NCBI GenBank assembly: GCA_052327205.1
Contig: JBMRGM010000036.1
Location: 26,102,001 to 26,166,000 of the forward strand
Reading direction: 5' to 3'
DNA from: Somniosus microcephalus
Taxonomy: Eukaryota
DNA length: 64,000 nucleotides
The position numbers and the translations under genes are program-made. The notes beneath the pieces are model-generated. The model worked only from the letters and a program-made list of their open reading frames with translations, was not told the DNA's origin and did not search any database. Shown piece by piece: positions 27,305-38,500 of this stretch (the stretch's first letter is position 1; each line of letters begins with the position of its first letter).

Positions 27305-28585
27305 TTAATTCCCTTTACTTCTAGGAAACACTCTTTCTATTTTAAATTTATGTAATGATGTAGCTTCTACAGCTTTCTGGGGCAGCATATTCCATGGACT
27401 TACCACCCTCTGAGTGAAGTATTTCCTCCTCATCCTAGTTTTGAAAGAGCAGCCCCTTATTCTAAGACTATGCCCCCTAGATCTAGTTTCACCCATCATC
27501 GGGAACATCCTCCCCGCATCCAACCCCTTCACAATCTTACATGTTTCAATAAGATCGTCTGTCATTCTACTGAACTCCAATGAGTAGAGTCCCAATCTCC
27601 TCAACCTCTCCTCATATGTCCATCCCCTCATCACCGGGATTAACCGAGTGAACCTTCTTTGTACTGACTCGAGAGCAAGTATGTCTTTTCTTAAGTATGG
27701 ACACCAAAACTGTATGCAGTATTCCAGATGCGGTCTCACCAATACCTTGTACAACTGAAGCAATACCTCCCTATTTTTATATTCTAACCCCCTAGCAATG
27801 AAAGCCAACATTCCATTGCCCTTCTTAAATCACTTGCTGCACCTGGATACTAACCTTTTGAGTTTCGTGCACCAGGACCCCCAGATCCCTTTGTACTTCA
27901 GTACTTTCAAGTTTCTTGCCATTAAGATAATAACTTGCTCTACGATTTTTCCTGCCAAAGTGCATAACCTCACACTTTCTAGTATTGTATTCCATCTGCC
28001 AAATCTCTGCCCACTTATTTAGCCTGTCTATGTCCCCTTGCAGGTTTTTTATGTCCTCCTCACTCATTAATTTCCCTCCCATCTTAGTATCATCTGCAAA
28101 CTTTGATATGTTACACTCGGTCCCCTCCTCCAAATCGTTAATATAGATTTTAATGAGTTGGGGACCCAGCACTGACCCCTGTGGAACACCACTAGTTACT
28201 GATTGCCAGTCTTAGAATGAACCATTTATCCCAACTCTCTGCCTTCTGTTAGATAGCCAATCCTCTATCCATGCCAGAATATTACCCCCAATCCTGTGAT
28301 TTTTTATCTTAAGCAACAATCTTCTGTGTGGCACCTTGTCTAATGCCTTTTGGAAGTCTAAATACACTACGTCCACTGGTTCCCCTTCATCCACCCTATA
28401 TGTTACTTCCTCAAAGAACTGCAGCAAATTTGTCAAACATGACTTCCCCTTCATAAAACCATGCTGACTTTGTCCTATTAAATGATTATCCAAATGTCCT
28501 GTTACTGTCTCCTTAATAATGGACTCCAAAATTTTACCTTCCACAGATGTTAGGCTAACCGGTCTATAGTTTCCAGCCTTCTGTC
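27305..28585 (-). pseudogene. CR1 ORF2, RT and C-terminus
   Basis: QHGFMKGKSCLTNL, YLDFQKALDKVPH, KFADDTK, RDLGVLV, LVRPHLEYCIQFW. Confidence 0.95.
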
Positions 28586-28855
28586 TCTTATGTTCATTAA
28601 TAAATAGACATTCTTATTATGAACACAGCGAGCTTTTGCTAGTTACTTTATTTAGCACATGTGGACTGGTACAGTATCTGTAGAGGCTTCCATCTTGACT
28701 GCTGCCTTGTGGGTAGCCTAATGCCTCATGGGTAATGTAGTCTTGATACACATACAGCTGGGTAGGGTAGTCTTATACATACAGCTATATACAGCTCTAC
28801 ACAGCTCTACGGCTCCGCCTAGTGTCCACTATAGAATGACATGTTATTGATTACA
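28586..28855 (-). repeat. 3' LTR
   Basis: Direct repeat of 32080-32343 with about a dozen substitutions and 3 indels by eye; next to the PPT. Confidence 0.95.
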
Positions 28856-29000
28856 TCCCCCTTTATTTGAGGTTAAACAAAATCAATATCAATCAACTTT
28901 CAAGAAAACAATAAAGATAATATCAGTAACACTTTTGTTAGTGCTCTATAAACAAACATTTTCAAAACAGTCAGCACATTTTCAAAGCTTTACATTGCAC

Positions 29001-32000
29001 TCAAAGATTAAGTCTATCAGGTTCTTTTACTTCACGTGTGGATCTTCTCAACATGGGTAAGTCTGATGTGTCTTCATGAGATTGTTCTGGCGGTGACTGA
29101 CAAGATGCAGTTGCGGCATTGTCATCAATCTGGTCTTGAATAGTCTCGTGTTTTTAGGAGGGAACTGCGGTTCCTCCTGAGAATCTGTCCTTCCTCAGTT
29201 CTAACAGCGTATGACCTTGGTCCTACTTCCTCAAGAACTGTAGCTTTCCTGTTCCATGCATCTGGATCCTCAATCCTGACAACATCATCCCTTGTCAATG
29301 GTTTTAGAGTTTTGGATGACTTGTCATAGTATGATTTCTGTTTCAGCTTTAACAGTTGAAGTCTCTGTCTCAGTTCCACACTTTGCTGTTCTTTTGCACA
29401 GCAGGGTAGGGTGGTGCACAACTTGCGACCCATTAGTAGTTCAGCAGGTGAAGAACCACAGTCTAAAGGTGAGGCTCGGTAGCTCAGCAGGGTGAGATAA
29501 GGATCAGACTTGCTTTGTCGCTTTCTTCAGTAGCTGCTTGAGAACTTGAACACCTTTCTCTGCCTTACCATTTGACTGAACATACAATGGACTGGATGTG
29601 ATGTGCTGAAAGTCATAATCTGCTGCATAATGTTGCCACTCCTTACAGTTGAAGCACAGACCATTGTCGCTAACTGCAATCCTGGGAATTGCATGTCTGG
29701 TGAAGATGGATTCAACATGCATTATGACACTGGTTGCTGTGGTGCTTGAGAGCAGCGCCATCTCAGGATAGTTGAATAATAGTCAATCACTATTAGATAG
29801 TCTTTACCATTTAAATGAAAAAGGTCCATACCAACCTTTTGCCATGGTGCTGTTGGTATGTCAGCTACTATCATTGGTTCATTTGCTTGTTTGTTTTGGT
29901 GTTTCTGACATGTCTCACATTTGCCTATCATGTTCTCAATGTCCTTATTTATGCCAGGCCAATAAACAGTGTCTCTTGCCCTCCTTTTGCATTTTTCAAT
30001 TCCGAGGTGTCCCTCATGAATCCTTTTGAGCATGTCTTGACGTAGAGCCTGTGGAATGACTATTCTGTTCTGTTTTAGTTATAGTCCACTTGCGACACTC
30101 AACTCTGACCTTGTGAAAATATTTTGGACAGGAACCTTTTGGCCAACCATGATGAATGTTCTTTCAGTGTGGAGCCCCAGATGATGATGTCATCAACATA
30201 GACCCGAACTCCTTCCAGACCTTCAATTATGTGTTCCATCGCTCTATGAAAGATTTCAGATGCAGATATTATCCCGAAAGGCATTGAGGAAACAATACCT
30301 GCCAAATGGTGTGTTGAAGGTATAGTATTTGGTGCGCTCTTCACCCAGTTTTAGTTGCCAAAATCCTTGAGGCATCGAGTTTTGTAAAGTATCTGCCACC
30401 TGACATTTCACTGGCGATTTCTTCTCGCTTGGGAATCTGGTAGTGTTCACGTTTTATGTTTGCATTTAGTACCTTTGGATCCATGCATATTCTGAGATCA
30501 TTGTTCTTTTTCTTTACACATACCATGGAGTTAACCCAGTCTGTTGGCTCTTCGACTTTCCTGATGACTCCTAGTGGTCATTCTGTCCAGTTCATTCTTG
30601 AGCCGTTCACGCAGGGGTGCTGGAACTCTTCGTGGAGCATGTACCATTGGCTGAGCATCCTCCTTTAGCTGGATCTTGTAAGTGAATGGTAGAACTCCAA
30701 ATCCTTTGAACACATCCTGGAAATTATTCACTACAGAATCCATCGAGTCATCTGGTCTGCTTATGGCACAGTTTATACGGTAGACTCTCTTGACCAGTTC
30801 TAAGTCCTCAAGCTTTGTCACCCAGTAGTGAATCAAGTCTTTCAGCCACAACAGAAAACATGAGATGATGCACTTTGTCTTTGACTGTCACTTTAGTCTG
30901 CATACACCTAAGCTATCTATTTTCTGTCCATTATATTCCTTCAGTAGTACTGACTTATTCTGTATTTTGGGCTTTTCTTTCATATTGTTAATGTCACTCA
31001 TACTGATTAAGTTTGCTTTTGCCCCAGTGTCTAGTTTCAAGGTAACTAATGCTCCATTAACCTGCAGTGGGATCATCCATTTGTACTCTTTTACTGCATT
31101 AACTTTATGTTCAGCATTGTCCATTTCTGAGGGCTGCACATTTTCTGTATCCTTCTTGATATTGTCACATGACACCATTCCTACAAAAAATGTCTCACTT
31201 AAATCAGTGTCCTCAATTATATTAACTCGTTGCCCTTTTAGTTTTTACTTTTGAAAAGCATTGTTTGGCAAAGTGATTCTTTCTATTACACTGTGCACAT
31301 TTTTCCAAACGCTGGGCATTGTCTTAACTGGTGTTTGTAACCACAGCGTTTACAATTAAAAATTTCATCCTCCGTTGGCTTTTCATTTCTGTTCTGCCCA
31401 CGTTTCTTCCCCTTGTAGGACACAGCACCGACAGCAGCATTATCACTCATTACAATCGCATCATTATTGATTTCACTGAAAGCCTTCGCGTGCTTTCGAG
31501 CTAGTTCGCTGGCTTGGCATATTTTCACTGCATTTTCCAAATTTAGTTCGGTTTCTCTCAACAGACGTTCCCTGACTTTATCATGAATACCAATCACAAT
31601 CTGGTCACGAATCATGGATGCTTTGAGCTCAGAGAAATTACATGTCTGTGCTTTCAGTTGCAGATCAGTTATAAAGCTTTCAGTTTCAGATCAGTTATAA
31701 AGCTATCAAAAGTCTCATTTTGCTGCTGTGTCTGAGAATGGAAGATGTATCTTTCATAGGTCTCATTCTTTTTGGGAGAGCAATGTGCATCAATTTTTTT
31801 TAGCACATCTTCTAATTGTTCTCTGTTCTCCTCTGGATTAAATACAAATGTATTAAATACCTCTATCGCCTGTGGGCCTGCAGCCGTAAGCAGCAATGCT
31901 ATCTTCCTTGCGTCTGGCTTTGAACCGAATCCGATGGTTGCAATGCAGAGTTTGAATTGTTGTTTAAAAGTCTGCCAATTGTGGTCGATGTTTCCTGTGA

Positions 32001-32034
32001 GTTTCAAACGCTCTGGTGGCTTCAAATTCTCCAT
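29001..32034 (-). pseudogene. Fragmented gag-pol (gag, CCHC, PR, partial RT, IN, GPY/F-like); RNase H missing
   Basis: MENLKPP..W..FKQQF, CKRCGYKH..RQCPA, LDTGAKAN, YVDD, HEGHLGIEKC, SDNG, SNGKAEKGV, GPRSYAV. Confidence 0.93.
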
Positions 32035-32068
32035 GTCGCTTTTCACAATTTTCAGCAGATCTTCACCA

Positions 32069-32079
32069 TCCTGGTACCA
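32069..32079 (-). promoter_or_regulatory. PBS TGGTACCAGGA, complementary to the 3' end of vertebrate tRNA-Leu(TAA)
   Basis: Directly abuts the 5' LTR; tRNA assignment from recall. Confidence 0.75.
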
Positions 32080-32343
32080 TCTTATGTTCATTAATAAATA
32101 GACATTCTTATTATGAACACAGCTAGCTTTTGCTAGTTACTTTATTGAGCACATGTGGACTATGTACAGTATCTGTAGAGGCTTCCATCTTGACTCCTGC
32201 CTTGTGGGTAGCCTAGTGCCTCGTGGGTAATGTAGTCTTAATATACATACAGCTGGGTAGTGTAGTCTTATACATACAGCTATATACAGCTCTACGGCTC
32301 CACCTAATGTCCACTATAGAATGACATATTATTGATAATTACA
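32080..32343 (-). repeat. 5' LTR
   Basis: Direct repeat of 28586-28855; AATAAA on the minus strand; bounded by PBS and TSD. Confidence 0.95.
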
Positions 32344-33965
32344 CTGTCTACTGCCCTTTTTAAATAAGGGTGTTACATTAGCAGTTTTCCAGTCTGCCGG
32401 GACCTTGGCTGAGTCCAGGGAGTTTTGGCAAATTATCACCAATGCATCCACAATCCCTACCGCCACTTCCCTCAAGACACTAGGATGTAAGCCATCAGGT
32501 CCAGGTGATTTGCCTGCCTTGAGTCCCATTATTTTACCGAGTACCACTTCCTTAGTGATTTTGATCGTGTTTAGCTCCTCCCCCTCTATAGGCCCGTTTG
32601 TCCAGTGTTGGGATATTCTTAGTGTCCTCTACTGTAAAGACTGATACAAAATATTCATTGTGTTTTTGCCATCTCCATATTTCCCACCATTAATTTCCCG
32701 GTCTCATCCTCGAAGGGACCAACATTTACTTTAGCCACCATTTTTCTTTTTATAGAACTATAAAAACTCTTACTATCTGTTTTTATATTTTTTGCTAATT
32801 TACTTTCATAATCTATCTTCCCTTTCTTATTCAATCTTTTTGTTATTTTTTGCTGTATTTAAAGTTTTCCCAATCCTCTATCCTCCCACTAGATTTGGCT
32901 TCCTTATATGCCCTTGTTTTTAGTCGAATAATATCCTTAATTTCTTTACTGAGCCACGGATGGATGTCTTTTCTTTTACACCCTTTTCTTCTCAGTGGAA
33001 TATATATGTTTTGGAAGTTGTAAAATAACTCCTTAAATGTACACCACTGATCATGTACCGTCTTACCCTTTAACCTATTTTCCCAATCCACTCTACTCAA
33101 TTCCGCTCTCATACCTTCATAGTCTCCTTTATTCAAGCTTAGCATGCTTGTTTGAGATCCAACCTTCTCACCCTCTAATTGAATATGGAATTCAACCATG
33201 TTATGGTCACTGATTCCAAGGGGATCCTTTACTGGGACACTTTTAATTAATACTGTCTCGTTACACAGGACCAGATCTAAGGTTGCTTGCCCCCTGGTCG
33301 GTTCAGTTACATACTGCTCAAGAAACCCATCCCTAATACACTCAATGAACTCATCCTCAAGGCAGCCCTGCCCAATTTGATTTGTCCAATTAATATGAGT
33401 TAAAATGCCCCATAATTATAGATGTTCCCTTATTACAAGCCTCAACTATTTCCTGATTGATACTCCGTCCAACAGAGTTGCAACTGTTCAGAGGCTTATA
33501 GACTATACCCACTAGTGTTTTTTTCCCCTTATTATTCCTTACCTCCACCCAAACTGTTTCATTATCCTGATCTTTTGACCCAATATCATTTCTCTGTATT
33601 ACAGTGATTCCTTTCTTTATTAACATAGCCACCCTACCTCCCCTTCCTTCCTGCCTGTCCTTCCTGATCGTTAAATAACCTGGTATGTTTAATTCCCAGG
33701 CATTGTCACCCTGTAGCCATGTTTCTGTAATGGCCACAAGATCATACCCATATGTAGTTATTTGTGCCATTAACTCATCTATTTTGTTACGAATGCTACG
33801 TGCATTCAGATAGAGAACTTTCAAAGATGTTTTGTGACACTTAGTTCCTGCTTTTGCCCTTTTTATTACTTTACCTTTTACTCCATACCTTCTGCCCCTT
33901 CCTGACACGTTCTGGTTTTTAATTTCCCCACTGCTACCTAAGTCTATGACCTTCTCTGTTGTCAT
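32344..33965 (-). pseudogene. CR1 ORF2, APE endonuclease and linker
   Basis: LYLNARSIRNK, ITETW, RKDRQEGRGG, MGHFN, KSPGPDGLHP, VPADWKTANVTPLFKKG. Confidence 0.94.
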
Positions 33966-34003
33966 TTTTATTATTTGCTCTCTCGGAACCTCCCCCCCAC
34001 TAG

Positions 34004-34945
34004 TTAGTTTAAAGCCCTCGCTACAGCCCTAGTTATATGATCCGCCAGGACTCTAGTCCCAGCACTGGCCAAGTGAAGCCCGTCCCAACGGAACAGCTCC
34101 CTCCTGCACCAGTACTGGTGCCAGTGTCCCAGGAAGCAAAACCCATTTCTCCCACACCAGTCTTTGAGCCACGCATTGAATTCTCTAATTTTATTTGTCC
34201 TAGCCAAATTCGCTCGTGGCTCAGGTATTATTACCCTTGAGGTTGTGTTCTATAATTTGACCCCTAGCTGCTCTTACTCCTTTAACAGAACTGGCTTCCT
34301 AGTCCTATCTACGTCGTTTGTACCAACATGGACCACGGCAACTGGATCCACCCCCTCCCACTGCAAGTTTCTTTCCAACCCAGAGGAGATGTCCTTAACC
34401 CTGGCACCGGGTAGGCAACACAGCCTTCGGGACTCTCGCTCTCGGCTGCAGAGAACTCTATCTATCCCCCTAATAATACTATCCCCTACCACTACAACAT
34501 TTCTATTTACTCCCCACTCTTGAATGGCCCCCCGTTCCACGGTGCTGTGGCCAGGTTGCTCATCCTCCCTGCAGTCCCTGCTCCTGTCCCCACAGGGAGT
34601 AAGAACCTCGAACCTGTTGGACAAGAGCAAGCTCTGCGGCTCCTCCAGCTCTACCTCCTGGATCCCCGTAACTGCCTCACTCGTAGTCGCACCGTCATGT
34701 CCCTGACCATGGGCTACATCTTAATTAATTAACTTCATAGGTGTGACCACCTCCTGATACACAGGGTCCAGGTACTTCTCCCCCTCCCTGATGTGTCACA
34801 GTGTCTGAAGCTCAGACTCCAGCTCATCAACACGGAGCTGGAGTTCCTGTAGTAGCAGACACTTGTCACAAATGCAATCACCATGAGCCTCAATGGGGTT
34901 TCCCGGCTCCTACATCTCAGAAGAGTAACAGGTCACCTGCTCCAT
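34004..34945 (-). pseudogene. CR1 ORF1 (zinc finger/leucine zipper plus SGNH esterase domain)
   Basis: ATG at 34945 (MEQVTC...CICDKC...LRVDELESEL), LSNRFEVL, VVVGDSIIRG, CLPGARV, VHVGTND, DGLHL; internal stops. Confidence 0.9.
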
Positions 34946-35158
34946 TCTATGCAATTAATTAAATGTTTTATTGTTAGTTATTGACACCCTCTGCCCGATT
35001 TTAGATGCTAGTATCCCCTTTAATTAAATGGATTTAAATTAAATCAATCCCTCTAAATACACCAGTTAAATGGTCTACCAACAGTCACTCTGCACCAGAA
35101 AGGCCTTATTAACTACAACCCACAGAGTTAAAGTTTGAAAAGAGCACCTAACACCCAG

Positions 35159-35504
35159 CTTACCCAAACTCACAGCAATCTGTTGACTCGCACTCAGTGC
35201 TTGCTCGCACTAGGACTGGTCTTTTTATACTGTTTGTTTGTATACAGCTAAATGAGTCGCCCCTGCTGATTGGTTAGAAAACTGGTTTCCACTGCCTGCT
35301 GTGCCAATTTACTCCTACTGCAGTGTAACCTTGTTTTACTCTTCTTAAACCAACACAATCCCAAAAATTTAACTTTTCCCCTTAACTTAAACTGCTTAAG
35401 TAATCTTATCAAGAATGATTTAAAGAGAAATAACAGTTAAAGAACTCCCACACTTACCCAAACTCTCAGCACTCTATGACTCGCACTCAGTGCTTGCTCG
35501 CACT
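35159..35504 (-). promoter_or_regulatory. CR1 5' leader: two ~52-bp direct repeats (35453-35504, 35159-35211) flanking CCAAT (35269-35273) and TATAAAAA (35222-35229)
   Basis: Motifs read directly on the minus strand; promoter function is inferred. Confidence 0.6.
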
Positions 35505-38500
35505 CATCCCTTTTTCAATTCAACTTCCTTTCCATCCCAAAATACAGAATAATCCATCAATCAAATAACGATGCACACAAATCTCCCTACATGCATTTAT
35601 CTTCCTTTCATTCAGCCACCCTCATTCAACTTCCACACCATTCATTCATGTATTCAATTACCTTACCTTTCTATCCAACAATCTCTGATCAACCACCCAA
35701 CCATCCTCCACTCCATTCGTTCAGTCATCCCTGCATCCATTCAACTGCTTATCCATCTCAAAATCCATCTAAATATTCTCCCCTCCACACAAACACCTCT
35801 ATCCAAATCTCTCTTCATTCTACTCTCAATCGACACGTGATCCATGCAGCAAACCTCAATCAATTATACCGCCTCTCCATCCAACATTGCCTCCAATAAA
35901 CATTCAATCCATCCAAAATTCCCTCCAAACATTAATCAATCAATCCAACCAATAAACCTTCCATTCATCCAACATTGCCTCTAATCATATTTGAATCCAT
36001 CCATTAAAACTTCCATGTATTCAACATTGCCTCCAATCATTATTCAATCCAGCCACTGGTAATCAATAATCCAGGACACTCTTCAATTATTCAGTCATCC
36101 ATCGAATTATGCATTCATTCAAACTCTCATCCATTCCAAGCCTATTCTATTCAATAATCCATCATTTATCTATCCATCACCTCCATCAATCATCCATCCA
36201 TTCAACATCACACCATCCAGCACTCCTTCCAAACATCCATCTCGCCACTCAAACACCTTGCCTTCCAGCACTCCCTTTGAGCATTCTTCCATCCATTGAA
36301 AAACGCATCTATCCACCACACCATCCAAATATCCCACAATCTATCCATCAAACCAATTATCGATTCAAATCTCCCTCCATTCATTCTCATCACCACTCTT
36401 TATAATATCCCTCCAATGTCCACTCCATTCATTCATGCCTTTTTCATTTCAACTACCTTCCCATCCCGAAATTCTGCCAAATAATCCATTTAGTCAAATA
36501 ACCACCGATCCAACTCTCCCTACATGCATTTATCTCCAACTCATTGAACCACCCTCTGATTCAACTTCCACAACATTCATTCATCCGTTTATCAATTAAC
36601 CTGCCTTTCTACCCAACAATCTCTGAATAACCAGCCAAAAAACAACTCACTTCATTAATTCATCTGTACATCCATTAAACTACATGTCCATCTCACATCC
36701 CTCTAATCAATAACCCATCCACATAAACACTACTTTATAAAAAGTCTATATTCATTCTACTCTCAATCCAATGATCATCCACCCAGCCCACCCTCTATTG
36801 TTTCAGCCCTCCATCAATTCAACCACATCTCAATTCAACAATCCTTCCAATTCTATCCTTCCATACAATGAACCATTCGTCCAATATTCTCTCCAATCAT
36901 CAACCAATTTACAATAATGCAACACGCTCTACAATCTCTCATTTACCCATCCATCGATTCAGTCATTCAAACAGTCATCCATTCAACACCCATTCCGTTA
37001 TTCATCGTCTTTTTTTTCTTGCCACTATTAATCAAATCTACCAATCATCCAACAACTCCCCAATCAGCATTCCTTCCAAACATCTGACCATCCAGGCACG
37101 CTCCTGGCCATCCAGCGCTCCCTTCAGTCATCATCTTTCGATTGAACCGCCATCCATTCATCACACTCTCCAAACATCCAAGCATCCATCCACTCAACTA
37201 CGGTCTCCATTATTCAAGTCCTCCTCAATTTAACCACCTCTCCATCCAACATTGCCTCTAAACATCAATCACTCCATACACTGATTTACAATCATACAAT
37301 ACTCCATACCATCGTTGAATTATCCATCCATTTACGCATTCATTCAAACTCTCATCCATGCAAAGCCTCTACTACTGAATAATCTATCGTTCATCTAAGC
37401 ATCACCCCCACCAGCCATCCACATAACAGCGCCCATTTCAGCACTGCTTCCAAATATTCAACCATCAGCTGGCCATCCCTTCAATCATTCATACACCTAC
37501 CCATCCATAACTCCTTCCAACCATCCAACTATCCATCCATCCATCCATCCAAACAGCCTTCTCTGCTAATCTCCGTTCAAATATTCCATAATCCATCCAT
37601 TCAACCAATTATCCATTCCACTCTCCCTCCATTCATTGACATTGCCATACTTTGAACCAAACATTAATCTAAATTCCCCTTCATTCATTAATCCCTTCAT
37701 TATTTCAACTATCTTTCCATCCCACAAATCTGATCAATCGTCCATCCATTCATCTTCCCATCCATCCAACTCTCCCTCCATTCATTCAGCTCTGCACTCA
37801 TTCAACTACCCATCTATCTTCCATTCCACTATATCATTCCTTTATCAGTTCAGCTACCTTTCCATCCAACAATCCCGGTGATAACCGCCGCTACCATCCA
37901 TCACTCCCTTCATTCACCCCTAAATCCATTCAACTTCATATCCTCTCAATTCCTCTAAAAGCTCCCATCCACATAAACACATCTCTATCCAAAATCTCTT
38001 TATTCATTCAACTCTGAATCAACAACACATCCATTCAGCATGCCCTTGATTCTTTCATGCCTCCATAAATTCAACCACCTCTCCATGCAGCATTCTCTCC
38101 AATCATTAATTAACCCAAACACAGAACCAGCATTGCATCCAACGATCAGCTAAACCATCCAGAAATTTCCAATCATGCAACATTCACTACAATCATTAAT
38201 TTTCCATCCTTCCATCTGTTCACTCATTCATTCACTCACCAATCCAAAGCCCCTTCTATCCAGTAATAATTCCATCAGTCACCTGTCCATCACCTCAACC
38301 AATCACTCATCCGCACATATCTTCAACCTCCATCACTCCCTCCAACCTTCCAACTATCCGTCCATTCATAGTCTTCTATCCAACCCGACCTCCAAACATA
38401 CCACAGTCCATCCATTCAAGAAATTACCCATTCAAATCTACCTCCATTTACTCATCGTTATTCTTCGAACCACTCCTCCATCGAAAGTCCACTTTACACA

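Larger units (their letters stand above)
28586..32343 (-). mobile_element. Ty3/Gypsy element (Mag-like), internally deleted, nested in CR1 ORF2
   Basis: Two LTRs, TSD CTGTC (28581-28585 and 32344-32348), PBS, PPT AAAGGGGGA at ~28856-28864, gag-pol remnants. Confidence 0.97.
27044..35504 (-). mobile_element. Full-length CR1 LINE (~4.7 kb once the nested Gypsy is removed), inactivated
   Basis: 5' leader, ORF1, ORF2 (APE + RT) and 3' tail (CTTATGTT)n; flanks rejoin to the empty satellite site seen near 43965-43995. Confidence 0.95.
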
